The notes beneath the pieces are model-generated. The model was not told the origin of the DNA, did not search any database, and saw only the letters and a list, made by a program, of their open reading frames with translations. Shown here one piece after another: positions 24,884 through 37,950 of a stretch of DNA of 64,000 bases. Made by a program: the position numbers and the translations under genes. Source of the stretch: Blasia pusilla (taxonomy: Eukaryota); the NCBI GenBank assembly GCA_050084515.1, contig CM114271.1, positions 29,946,001-30,010,000 on the forward strand, read 5' to 3'. Every line of letters begins with the position of its first letter. Positions within the stretch are counted from its first letter, which is position 1.

Positions 24884-27800
24884 GTGGTGTCACACATGCC
24901 ACATGCCATCCTCTCGAACATCCATCATAGACTAGCATAGTGTCTGCACCACAGGCAGAACCACACAACATACATCGCAAACCTGCAGGAACTACTACTA
25001 AGCTCGGATCAACTGTACCATCAATGTTAGGAAGGTGACATGGCACACATGCAATTACGCACATGGTCCTTCCAAACCATACCATTGCATCCCTCCAATA
25101 AGAGGACACCACATGGCAAAACCTCATGCACTCTCAAGATAATGCACCTTGCAGTGACATCCAATCTCGTGGGTACCGTCTGCTGCAAGTAGACACAGTC
25201 TCATCGAATAGTCGCATACCTCAACATATCCCCATGTTGTGCAATCGCCAAGTTCTCAAATGCCATGGGTATCACTCAGCAAAACAACTCAGGCCTCTCA
25301 AAACATGTTCGCATGCATACATCACGGTCATCAAGATTCAACACCTGACCAACATCTCGACAAATGGCAGCAAGTAAATCCGGCTCTCGGCCATAAAGCA
25401 GCAAGTACGGTGAGAAAGAGGCTAAGGATGCCTGCCAGCTGAATCTGTACCCCATTGCCAACCACAACAACAGGAGGTCCCAATCTCCTCGGTCATGTCT
25501 CTACAAGCAATACTTGCGTAATCCTCTCTTCACTGTCTGCACAACCCTATATGCTAGTCCATCCGCCTTAGGGTGATATCCTGAAGTGGTGGGGTGGTTG
25601 ATCGACGCCTCATCACACAAGTCTTGAAACTCCCTGCATTTGTACCCTGGTCTGTCAACACCTCAGCTAGTCTGCTGCAATGACTAAAAAATTGACTAGG
25701 AAGGCATACGCTACAACCTCACCTTTGTCACACAATGCAACCAACTCTATCCAGTCCGAGAAGTGGTTGACCATTACCAACACATAAGAACTATGAAGCT
25801 CCGACAAAGGGTAAGGTCATGCAAAATCCAAACTCCATCTATAACCTAAACCCTTGATCGAAAGTGGACGCAAAATTATACTCGAAGCATTGAACAATTC
25901 CCAGACCCGATCACATACCATGCACCTGGCAAAGTGTTGAACGTCAGTCAGCATGCCTTGCTACCAATACTATATCTAGAGCAAATTGTACGTCCACTTC
26001 ACTCCAAAATGACCCAAATCCTCGTGGGCATGGCGCACCAATCGTGCTCTCTATGAAGGATGAGGCACTACACGTACTCTACCATCCTCCCAAACTTGCA
26101 ACACATGTGTCTCCTCTCACCAAAAACGTCTGGCTTGCTGTAGGATTTTATCCCACTCTCTAGCACCCACTATGCTCGTGAGGCTTCCAATACGTAGGTA
26201 CTCCAAAACTTCTCCATCGTCATGAAAATCTCTGCCACATGTCGTCTCCTCACCGGCCTTTGTATCTACGGACTCTCCATCAGACCTTGCCATCAAAGTC
26301 TCCGCAATCTGGCTCTCGATAGCCAACAAGCCCAAATAGGCTTCCGCGTGCCATCCTGGCACCAACTCCTCATCACTCTCTCTATGCCAACGAGCTCCAA
26401 TTGCATTTCGTTGGCTCAGACATGGGTTACGACTTAAACCGTCTGCATCCTAGTTGAGCATCCTAGGTCTATGTGCCACGTGGAAGTCATACTCCTGCAA
26501 TAAAAAATCCCACCTCCCAAGCTTCCCTGTAAGCTTTTCAAACTCCATCAACCACTTTAGTGGTTGATAATCAGTTATGATGGTAAAGGGGTTGCCAAAT
26601 AGATAACACCTGAAATATGCGACAACCCATACTACAGCCAAGCACCCCTCTCATATGACCTATACTTTGACTATGTAGTGTTGTTCGAGCGACTAGCGTA
26701 AGCCACCACAATCTCTCTATCCTCATTGTCATGATGGATGAGCGTGGCCCCAAGCCCCAACATGCTCCAATTTGTATGCAACTGGAAAGGACACCCCTTG
26801 ATCGGTCTCCTCAATATGGGCGCGGATGTCAATCTGTCCTTGAGTAGCTGAAATGCTCTCTCCTATTTTTCCATCTAGTGCAACTCTTGATCCACCTTTG
26901 TTAGCAAGGTTACCGGCTTTGAAATTGAACTAAAACCCTTGATGTACCGTTGATAGAAGTTCGCCAATCCCATGAATGCATGAACTCAACTCACATTTGT
27001 AGGGCGTGGAATGCGTGAAATAGCCTCAAACTTTATTTCCTACACTCAAAGGCCCATTGGATATATTATATAACCCAAGTACTCAATCTAGTCATAGTAG
27101 AACTTGCACTTGCCTGGATGTAGGTTCAACCCATGTAATTGCAATCGTTGAAACTCCTCTTCTAGATGTCGCTCATGCTCCTCAATCGTGGCGCTAAAGA
27201 CTACGAAGTCATCCATATAACACCTAGCAAAATCCAGACCTACCAAGATCCTTTCCATGACCTTGTAAAACTCAGCGAGGGTATTCTCTTACCCAAATGG
27301 TAAGAAACGCCACTGGTACAATCCTTCTTGTAAGGATCGATAACCGAAAATACGGTCTTCTGCTTGTTCTCGAATTTGATAGGCAGCTCATGGTATCCGG
27401 CTCAAAGATGTAACAAATTGAAGACCTTTAGATGCTCAATAACATCAAAGATCTCCTCATGGGTGGGCATGGCATACCTATCCTACTTCGTGTACCGATT
27501 GATAGCTCGGTAATCTCCACACATCCGCCTATCCATCTAGTCGTGATGCAGATTCTTTTTGGCAGATGCATGACCATGGTAGATGCATAATCTCCATGGG
27601 ACATCTCCAATAGTCATGCTCCAACCAAGTCTTGGATCCTACCCTGAATCAGAGCCCTCTCCATATCAATGTACCCGTAGGATCTTCAGAAGATCGATGT
27701 GTCACTCGACAACTCAATGCGGATATTAGGGATCTACATTAAGTTGTCGAGTGACACGCCGATCTTGATTTCAATACGTTGAAGGGTCCAACATTGGACC

Positions 27801-28369
27801 CTTTACCCTACCCAACCCTAAACCCTAAACTTGCGGTGCCATTATGGATCTTGATCTTGATTTGGGTACGTTGAAGAGTCAAACGTTGGACCCTTCAACG
27901 TACCCAAATCATGCATGCTAAATGCAAAAAAACTCCTATAACTCCTAAGGAATAGATATATTTTACCCCGCTCTTAGGGCCCGTATCTGGCTCCCAAGTC
28001 TCCATTGTGACTACGGCAGGACTCTCTGGCGTGTTTATCGTTTTGCTATGGTGGAATAACGTCTCAGACAATAGAACTTGGCTGCTCCCCTCCAGCCAAC
28101 TGCAAACTCTAATCTCCTCCACATGCAGTACCCAAAACCACGCTCCATGTTGTGGCTATTATCTCCCGCCATACCTCCAAAACATCCCAAGAAGTCCAAG
28201 GGTGTCTCTCTTGATCATCCCAAGTGTGTTGATATCCTCACGTCTCGCCCTCAGCCCCAACCTCAACCTTCAAGGTAGGCATGGGGTTCACCAACGTAAC
28301 ACTTGTAACCTGTCGCAATCTCAAACGACGTTGCTAAGCTACTCCTAAGCTAGAAATCCATGTAAATCA

Positions 28370-29300
28370 ATTTAGGTCCGTCGTCTTACCCAAGACATGA
28401 CGTCGTGATGTCCGTCATAGTGATGATATTGTCGTCACTCTTATGGGAAATCCCTTTGCTCACTCTCGCTCATCGGCGTTGGGCTCCACCAGCCGTTATA
28501 CATGCTCATCCCAAACCAAGCCTGACCCGGCCTTCTTAAATGCATAGAAAGCGGGAAAACTCACAAATGTCGGAAAGCCTACCTGTGGCATGCCAATCCT
28601 GTTGACCCCATTCAATGTAGGTCGATCAACGTGTCATACTGCGTGTGAGAAACGACCAAGATCCATAAAAGAATCCACCAACAATTGGGAAGGGCGCTCC
28701 ACTCTTGCATACGCCCTAAGCAAAACCGCATGTGGCACCAAGTTGGTCCACCAAAGACGCGAGCAATGTGCTCGTAAATCTACACTCGCCGCATCCAACA
28801 ACACTTCGTGGCCGATCCATGCGTGCAACTGATGTACACTCGTTACCATGCGGGACCTTGAATCGCCCAAAATCAGCACATTCTCTTGAATGTATGTTGG
28901 AGGATGGGACTGATGCTCTTGCAAGTGTCGCAAGATCCGCATCACCTCCCAAAACAACGTAGATCGAGTTTCAGCCAATCTGCTACCTTGTATAGCACTC
29001 GATTGGTTGTGAGAGGGCCAACAAGCGATGACCAAATCTATGGTCCCTACGCACCCCAAGTCTTCCGCCCCCTGAAATGAAATGTCCCTCATTAGGGAAT
29101 TATGGTACTCTTGGAAAGCGGACGTAGACAACAAGTTGCAAAATGGGAGGCGTAAGTGCGCCACATGGTGAAGTGAAGCGCGCCTCATACCATCATCAAT
29201 CTCAATGTATAGGTATTGCTACACACACACTCTTGCCTGCAAAACAACAACTGAGCATGTGCTAATCCTTCCAAAGAGATCCAACAAGCAAAAATTCTCC
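28370..29300 (-). pseudogene. Degenerate C5 DNA methyltransferase domain of subfamily B
   Basis: LLDLFGRIST (I), VIACWPSH (IV, catalytic Cys replaced), IQENV (VI), AHCSRLWWTN (VIII). Confidence 0.88.
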
Positions 29301-30364
29301 TCTAAGATGCGCCACACGGTCACGGTGTATCCAAAGGGCTCTCCCCCTCTCCCCCTCGTCTGAAGATGACACAAAAGGAGGTCGAGGCAGTCCCTCACGT
29401 GAAGACCCTCGAAACCTCGTGCCACTCCGCGTAAACCCTCTAGAGCTTCTCTCATGTCCACCACCTCGCCTCTCAAAGTCACGAAGGGATGCCGTGATGA
29501 ACCTCGTGCCCCTCTCATGCGATCACTCTCAATCTCACGAGTTATACCTCAATCACTCAACTCAAACATGCGGCACTCAATCTACACTCCCTCACTAAGA
29601 CAAGCCCTGTGCGGCAACTAGCGATGTGGTGCGGAAAATCGGCTACTATCCTATCATCCCATCGACAAGACATACTCTTAATTGTGGACATCCCACACAA
29701 GTCTATGTCCGAGAAACCCATCCATCAACGATGCTCTCAGCATCTGCACGAAACGCAATATCCAGATAATTGCCCAATACTCGGAAATCCCTAACACGTG
29801 CACGACAAAAGACCAAAATGGGTAACCTGACAATAAGGTTGATGTCACTCCTCAACAACTGCAAATCACAACCCCAACTAGGTCTTAAAGAAAAACTCCT
29901 CCAAATAGCACGTCATACTCCCCTAGTACAGACGATGCTCAAATCTCCTTCATGTGAGGTACGGATCTAGCGGTACGGTACGGCACTCATGGTACGAAAT
30001 GACTAAAAATGGCATGGCACTTAGGAATGCGGTGTAGCACTCAACGGCATACCCTCCCCAACTGAAAAACATGATTAGCTCCCCAGTGATGGTGCGGATC
30101 CGCGATCGAGACGGTGTGGTGTGATGTGGCCACAAGTGGCACAACGCGGCAATCGGCAGTGCATTGCGGCTACGGGGGTCACGGCATGGTACTTGATTGT
30201 TGTTGAGCAACTACAACCTGAAGATAGAGCAAAGAAAAAGAAAAGGCAAACCCATCATCCCAAAATGTCCCATGCCCTCGGTTATGACGAAAACTGCCAA
30301 GACGGTGGCGGCCATAACAAATACGTGGCGGTGGCTCAAATCTCCAAAGCAACGGCATTTGACG

Positions 30365-31150
30365 CAAGGATCCATATAGACCGTTTCCTAAGTCCGCGGA
30401 CATGGGCTTGTCCGCGGACTTATGTCCGTCCTATGGACTTATGTGTCCATGTGGGCCTAGGTACCTAGGGCCCGCACCCGAGCCCGCCCGCAGCGCGCAC
30501 CCATTGTGTGGCTCGTAGCTCGGCCTTGGGTGGGCTCAATGTGGGCCCTAGGTGTGGGCTTAAGGCCCGCAAAGTTTGGTCTGGTAAACCAATGTTTGAT
30601 CCAAATTTTTGCGGGTCCTCAAGCCCGCATTTTCCCGCCCCTACCCTGGACTTGTCCGCCCTTGCCCGCCCGGACCATGCACTTGCCCGCCCAAAGCTTG
30701 CGCTTGCTTGCGCCCGCCTAGAGCTTGTGCTTGCTTGAGCCTGTGCCTAGCCCTAGCCCAATCAGCTCTCAGTCTACGCCCACCCTAGCCCACGCGTGCC
30801 CGCCTAGAGCCTGTACCTGCCCGCCCAGAGCCCACCCTAGCCTACGTCGAATTAGCCTCGAGCTCGTGCCTGCCCTCCCTATTTGCAGGTGCCCGCCTCA
30901 AGCGTGCACCTGACCGCCCAAAGCCCGCACTTGCCCACCGTGAGCTCGCGTGTGCCCGTGCCCAATCAGCCTTAAGCCCGCGCTTGCCTGCTCAGAGCCC
31001 GCACTTGCCCGCCTTGAGCCTGCATCTGCATGTCGAGAGCCTGTGCCCAATCAATCATGAGCCCGCGCGTGCCCGCCCTAGCTGGCGCCTAGACCCCAAA
31101 CTGCCCGCCAAGGGCTGACGGAGCCTGCACCCGTTGCGTGCCACTCACGG
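30365..31150. mobile_element. GC-rich relative of the hAT-like element with many GCCCG(C) motifs, inside the subfamily B leader
   Basis: Internal similarity to 24385-24720; degenerate left TIR CAAGGATCCATATAGAC; right end not resolved. Confidence 0.6.
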
Positions 31151-32475
31151 ATCAGGACAGACGGAGTAGCAAAGAAAGGAGCACGGTTGAACGGAGTCCA
31201 ATCAAGTTGACGTCATGACAGCTTTGTATCGCCATTGGTTGTAGTGGAAAATCAGGACCCAACGATAAGCAGCTCGCAGCAACCACGTGGTAGGTTGGGT
31301 CGATATGGACACGGTAGCAGGCGAGAGGTGTCGAAACCGTGTATCGACGACAGCGGCTGGAGAAAAAACATTGGCACAAGAAGGATAGTCAGTGGCTGCG
31401 AACAAAGATGAAGACGCACAAATTTTGGGCCGCCAAGCGTCGATGCGGCAATCCTTAACTCTCAGCGGAAAGCGCGGTACCCAAGCTACGGCAAGCGAGC
31501 AGAATGTCTGGACTAGGCGATAACAGGGCCAGGGCGCCTAAATACCACCTACAATCCAAGGCTAGAACAAGGTCCGTTGATTGCGAACAAGGGCCCCTAA
31601 AAATTGACGTTATAGGCTAAATTGAGTTGACTTGCATGTGGTCAGCAAGGAATGCAGTTTATCCCCACAAATTCACTAAATCGATCGCTAGAATCCCGAA
31701 TTTTCATTCAAAATTTCCCACTACTCCACAATAAGTGGGTCAGCTCCCTCCAAATTTATTTTTCAATGATCTTCTACTCCCAGGTATAAATTTTCTTGTC
31801 CGATCCACTCAAAATAAAAAGGTGTTTACTTTTGTACCCCTCACTCAAGGAGTTACCCAAGAAAATTGGAAGTTTCACTCACACAGTAGCGCACTGGCTA
31901 TGGCAGCTTGCTCAATCAACCACAACTTTGTGCTCCAAACTCAAAATTTTGCATTGTTTCCTCAACGGCGTACACAGCTTCTTGATCTATGACCTTGTCA
32001 AATTGATTTCTTCATTTACACTTCCAATAAAAACAGACAGGGACTGTCATGCTGCCCTTCAATCTGCACTCCTACAAAAAATTTGGCAGCGCTTCCGCAT
32101 TGATTCCTCCCAATGAAAACTTCATGCCTATAAAATCAGAAATGAGAGAGGTACATGGTACTCTCGAGAGCACCCGCATGGGGAAATCCACCCCCATACT
32201 AAAGGCATGTGGAAGCGCCTTGGGTTGCGCTTCCACGTGCCATTCTCATGTACGAAAATCAGCAATGAAAACAACAAACTTGAGTGGCTCTTGATCTGGT
32301 GAGCACTCCCATGAGCTGCTAAATGGGAAACACCGTCCCCAAAATGCACATCAGCAAGTAACCACTCACCTCCTCCATTGAAACTCTGTCACTCTTTGCA
32401 TTCTCTCTTTGTAAAATCGATCCAATCTCTCTCAACAACTCACACCAAGCTCTCAAGGGTTTGCACTCTCTCTCA

Positions 32476-32918
32476 TGTCAAACCAAACTCATTCTCCTAA
32501 TGAGAGGCTTGGGTTACACACACAAGGCAAGAAGGACCATAGCTCCGCCGCCTCATGCCCAAAGTTTCAACAAATAGATAATGAACTCTGAAGCTCTCTC
32601 TCTTGGAGGTATACCCCCTTCCCTCTCCCAAGCCCTCTCCACGGTAATCTATGCTCGCACGTCACCTCCTTGGCTCTTGACCTATTGTAGCGGGTCAACG
32701 GACACTTCCCAAAGTGTAAAGTCAACTATACCAAAAATGATAACTTACTTGAAATAGTAAGTTCCTCAATATGGCTCCAAATGAGCCGAAAGGAAGGGGA
32801 AACTTGCTCTCAGGTTACCGTGCCCTTAGCAGATCATCCTCGATCGCTTGAGGCTGTCCTCTTGTATCTTTGAAGGAGCTCTACTAGATCTTGCCGATCT
32901 ATCCTAAAAGACGTGCGA
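32476..32918 (-). repeat. LTR of subfamily B (ends TTTGACA, followed by TGAGAGAGAG)
   Basis: Homologous to 51944-52384, 49404-49529 (internally deleted) and, inverted, 33330-33721. Confidence 0.75.
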
Positions 32919-33329
32919 ATGTCGTGTTGAAGTTCTATAGAACTCTATCAAGGGGAAGGATCTTCAAAGGAGTTTGGAATATGAGCCTTTTATTTGGGAA
33001 CCATGGGGGTTGACCACAGATACATGATGGATTGTATCAATTCTTTTCTAGCAAATGGAGAATTTCTATGCAATGAGTTGCAAGATATTGGAGAGAGAGC
33101 CTAGAGGGTAAAGAATGACTTCCATAGAATATGCTAACCTAAAATTGAAAATTTTCCTTGGTTTGAGGTTTCTTGAAACGTATTTGAGGAACTTATTATT
33201 TTGAGAATGGTAACTTTCCATTTATGGAATGTAACATTTCATCCACTATTTCAAGTTTATGACAAAGGATGTGACTTGCGTGCACAAGTCACCAAAGAGA
33301 TAGAGATCATATTCTCTGCTTGTTGAACC

Positions 33330-33721
33330 TATTACGTCTTTCACGATAGATTGATGAGTATATATCCTTAGGGTGGCTTTGAGGAGATTGGAGAACATTC
33401 TTAGGAGCTCAAGGATGATCTTCTAAGACCTATGATAATCCCAAAGAATAAGCTTATCATTTGTTTTTGGCTGATTTGGAGCAATATTGAGAAAAATACT
33501 ATTTTGGTCAAATTCCTATTAAGAGTATGGTTGCCTTGATCCATTATTTATAGTCAAGTGCCAAATAGGTAACCTACGATCAAATGTTGCTCAGGAGAAA
33601 TCTTTGGAGTTCATTATGTCTTTGCTATAAATACATCTTGGCCTAAGATAGCAAGACTATGGTCTTCCTTGCCTTATAAACAACCCAAGTCATACATAAG
33701 AAGAATGGGTTTGGTTTGACA
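33330..33721 (+). repeat. Diverged subfamily-B-like LTR, inverted
   Basis: TATTACGTCTTTCACGATAGAT start and GGGTTTGGTTTGACA end match the reverse complement of 32476-32918. Confidence 0.65.
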
Positions 33722-34199
33722 CAAGAGAGAGATGGAGATTATGTGCATGATATTTTTGTTCTTAATGTGGAGAGTTATTCACTCCCAACCTTGAGCTTTG
33801 TAAGTAGAAATCTTAGGTTGAGTTCCAAAGCGTCACCCAATTGCACATTCCATAGGTATCTCAGAAACGACCAAATGCTAATCAGGTTGAGTCTCCGAAA
33901 GTACGTATCATTTCCCTAGGATTCCCCTTTCCTAAGCTTTGACCCATCTCTCGAACTAACTTACCTATACGAGAGCGGATTGGTTATTTCTCAAGATTTG
34001 TCCCCTAGCTCAAATTGGAAACATGACTAAACATGCATCACGACTAGTTTCTCGTTCAAGGACTTGAGTGGGTATGGAGAGAGAGTGTCCTAGCTATCCC
34101 TATAGGTATGTTTGGGGTTTTCATGTAAACCTCATCTCCCCTATTGTCACCCCCTTAGGCCCTTAAATTTGGCCCCCAACCCAAACACAAGAATGTCCG

Positions 34200-36920
34200 T
34201 AGACACAAAATTGTTCAATGTGAAAATAGATTAACTCATGTATTGCATTTACTAGAGGTGAAGTAGAATTTTCTTTCATTCACAATAATATGTGACCGTA
34301 ACTTAGACGTTCGCTTCAAGAAATCTTGAGTAGCCATTAAGGATGCCAAAGGAAAAGTATCGGGTGAAGGAATCCAAAGTGGAAACATCTACTAGTTTTA
34401 TGCTTTCACGACAAGCGTAGGTACAAATCTTGGTAGAAGTAGGTTTTGGCAAGAGAAAATTGGCTACCTAAGCTTTCGCTTACTCAATTAGATGTAGAAA
34501 TCTGGCATGGTTGTTGATTCACCGATAATTTCTAGAGTGTCAGAAAAATGATAAACTTGTATGATAGGCAAGCATTCCCACAAGAATCCAACAATAGAGC
34601 AAAGGATCCATGAAGGATGATATATGCTAACCTATGTGGTAAGATGCGAATAGTGGCATTAAGTGGTTCTTCCTACTTTCTGCTAGTTTTTTACAATTAT
34701 AGTAGGAAGATGTGGGTGTATTTCTTTCGCGATTACGCAAGTGCTCTTGGAAAGTTTTAAGCATGGCACAAGCTAGTTGAGAATAAGATAGGAAAGAAGA
34801 TACAAGAGCTTTGATCGGATCTAGAAGGATAATTCTTATCAAAAGAATTCAAAAAATATCTAGGGGAGCATGAAATCAAGTGACAAGAAACCATAACACA
34901 TACACTACAACAAAAGGAAGTTGTTGAGCATCAAAACCGAATAACGATAGAGATGGCAAGATGTATGATGAAAGCAAGAGTTTTGAAAGAAGGCTTTTGG
35001 GTAGAAGCTTTTAATATTGATGTTTATATTCTAAATAGAGTGCTATGAAGTCAGTTGAAGGCATGACTCCTCATCAAGCATAATCAAATTAAGGTATCAT
35101 CAGTCCAACACTCCAGGAATTTTGGTAGCAAGTGCTTTGTATAGATTCCCGAAACTTTGAGGACCAAGCTTGAGTCTAAGAGCATGAAGGGAATATTTAT
35201 TGGATTCTATTATGAGTGTAAAGCTTATCGTAGTTATATTGCTTATGGTGACCTCTAACAAAGAAGATGCTTGTAAGTCGTAATGTGGTGTTCTAGAAAT
35301 AACCTTGTGAAGTAGCGAACATTAGTGGTATATCCTCATTATCCTCAAACGAAGGGATAATCCACTAGAGCACAACAACAATTTTACACGAAATCTCCAA
35401 GAAGAAGAATTTGGTGATGATTATAAAGAGGAGCCTACTCTTCCACTACGATTGTCATACACTAAGTGGAGAAAGCACCTCTTGGATGGTAAGGATCCAC
35501 CAACAAGTGATAAAGTCACTACTCATCCAAGGAGATCCAAGAGACTAGAGGAGCAAATAGAGCTTCCCCAGATCTTGTCAATATGGCCTATAGAACAAAG
35601 GTCTTGAAGGTGGCAGAGCCATCATGATTGGATGAGGCTTTTGCTGATTCTAAATGGAAAGAGACCATGCAAATGGAGATGGACATTATTCAAAGAATTG
35701 AAATCTAGAATTTGGTTAAAAAGCCAAAGGACAGGAACGAAATTGCACCAAGTGGGTATACAAGACCAAGTACAAGTCTGGCATATGTTGGATAAAATCA
35801 AAGCAAGATTGATCGCATAAGGATGTTCACAAATTGAATGTTTTGATTATTATGGGACTTTTGCCCTTACTGCAAGGATGACAACCATTTAAACTATTAT
35901 AGGAGTAGCGAGAACAAGATGTTGGCTTGAACACCAATACTATATGAAGTCTGCATTTGTGAACTGAAGTCTCAAGGAGGAGGTTTATGTATCTCTACCA
36001 CCGGGTCTTGAGACACCCGATCAGAAGAGAAAGTTGGTTGGCTTTATTGAGCATTGTATGGGTCAAAGAAAGCCCCTAGGGTATGGTATCAATGCATAGA
36101 TACATTGTTAAGAGAAAGGGGTGTTATCAAGAGTCCATTGGAAGCAAATTTATGTGTGTTTTTCGAATAACGGATGCATATATTGATAGTCCTTTATATG
36201 GCTGATCTCATCATCATATAAGACCACAGTAACAAAATAGAGGAAATGAAGGAAATGTTGAATCTAAGTTTGAAATGTTAGATCTAGTCTTTTGCATTGC
36301 TTTTTTGGCCTTGAGATTTAGCAACAGTCATATTGTAATTTTATTTCTCAACAAAACTATACTAGAGAAATCTTGAAGGCATTCAGAATGACCAAGTGGA
36401 AGGAAGTGGTCTTGTCAATGGAGGATTTGTCCCTACGTACTAGGGATGAATCACATGCTTTTGTTATTCATGTTGGGCAAGAGACTCACATTCTTGGAGA
36501 TCTATTTTGGGTCATTTCTTCTTGACGGGATTGAGTGTGGTATCATGGATCAACAAGAAGAAACCTATATTGGATTTTTCTTCTATCAAGAAGAGTACAA
36601 GGCAAATTTGTATGCTTCATGTGAAGTAGTATGGTTAATATGGATATTGGAGGACATAAAAGAAGTATCAGAAACTGCTACTGTAATGTGGTATCACAAC
36701 CAAAGTTGAATTGCCATAGCACAAAATCGTGTGTTTCATGCTCATACGAAGCACATAGAGATCACATATCATTTTCTTTGTGAGTTGATCGAGAGAGATG
36801 TTTTGAAGTTAGTGTATTGTCCAATTGAGGCTAATTGTGCAAGTATATTCAACAAAACCTTGAATGGAGATAAACTTTAGCGAGACCTGAAGGGTCTTAG
36901 CATCGCTCCAAGATAGTAGT
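34200..36920 (+). mobile_element. Decayed Ty1/Copia pol (IN-RT-RNase H)
   Basis: Remnants of PQQNGVAERKNRT..EMARCMM (about 34900-34970), FWVEA, RTKLESKS, KWVYKTK, KARLIA and FHAHTKHIEI (about 36735), in Copia order; purine run near 36940. Confidence 0.88.
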
Positions 36921-37399
36921 CAATTTGAGAGTGGATATTGAGGGGGTTCCAAGTACGTTGTTGGGGCTTGCCACAAACATGTATCACGATCTATTAGGAT
37001 ATTCTTAGTTTTTTTGTCAAGGTGTTTTGACCGGCCATGATGTTATATAACCATGGTGTTGAGGACCTTAAATGTTGAGGGCCATACGTTGACGCCAAGT
37101 TTGGATGGCTACAATAGTAAAGTTACTAGCAAGACATGTTGTAGAGACGTCATGGTTCTTCTCATAGTGGTATTATTGAAAAATAAGCATGGTACTTTAT
37201 GCTTTATTAGTCTTAAATGTAGAGTTTATTTTCCATAAAATGTCTTGTTGGATTCAATAGTCCAACCCTTGATTTTTGGGGAAAGCAGATTTTATGTTTG
37301 CAGTTAGGGTTGATATTGAGTGAGATCCATTACATATTTACATGTCACTAGATAGAGCTAGTACAACATAGTTTATCACTCAATATGAGATAATAAAAA

Positions 37400-37950
37400 A
37401 GCTTATACTAGAATACCTAGGCAATGATTCTATGTTATAAGCCAAGGTGATAGTGACTGCTTCCGAGTCCTACGATTTATCGGTTGGTGGAGTAATACTA
37501 CATGGGATGGATTGTACCACATATTACTAAGAGGAATTATACTCTTCCAAGCTAGGATGGAAGTCTAATGATTGACGTATTAGCTCATTTCCAATTTGAT
37601 TACTAGTGATGTGAGATAGCAACAACCATGAGATGCGGAAACATTATTGATATTCAATAGAACCATCACAAGGCCAAGAGATTTGATGGAGGGCCAAATC
37701 CATATAGATGACACATACAAGGCCAATACTTCTATCGATAGGAATGTCAAGTCAGCCACACTAGATTTTTGAGAGATGGTACAGTATGTAGGGCTTGTTT
37801 GAAGAGCTTGAACAAAGTGCTAATAACCACGTATAGCTAGCTTGGAGTAAGGTTTTGCTCCATGTCAACACAGATCGGAGGAGTACAAGGTAATAAAGAG
37901 GCTACGTTATGTACATTGTCATCTTTAGACACTACATTGGTTGTGTGGAT
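37400..37950 (-). mobile_element. Possible highly decayed Gypsy integrase fragment
   Basis: IYMDL (ISMDF-like) at about 37700 with weakly similar flanking segments; no open frame. Confidence 0.3.

Larger units (their letters stand above)
23987..32918 (-). mobile_element. Decayed DNMT-Gypsy subfamily B copy: LTR-leader-DNMT-RT-RH-IN-PHD, with no recognisable gag core or protease
   Basis: ORFs 24807-25127 (PHD), 25276-25470 (IN), 26117-26641 (RH), 27428-27610 (RT), 28634-29188 and 29219-29518 (DNMT); LTR 32476-32918; 3' end TGTTGTTCGCATAC at 23987. Confidence 0.88.

Noticed and set aside
32911-32928. GACGTGCG-AA-TGTCGTG as a fourth GACA-NN-TGTC junction
   Set aside because: Similarity to the family 3' end stops after 7 nt; it may be the start of a different repeat.
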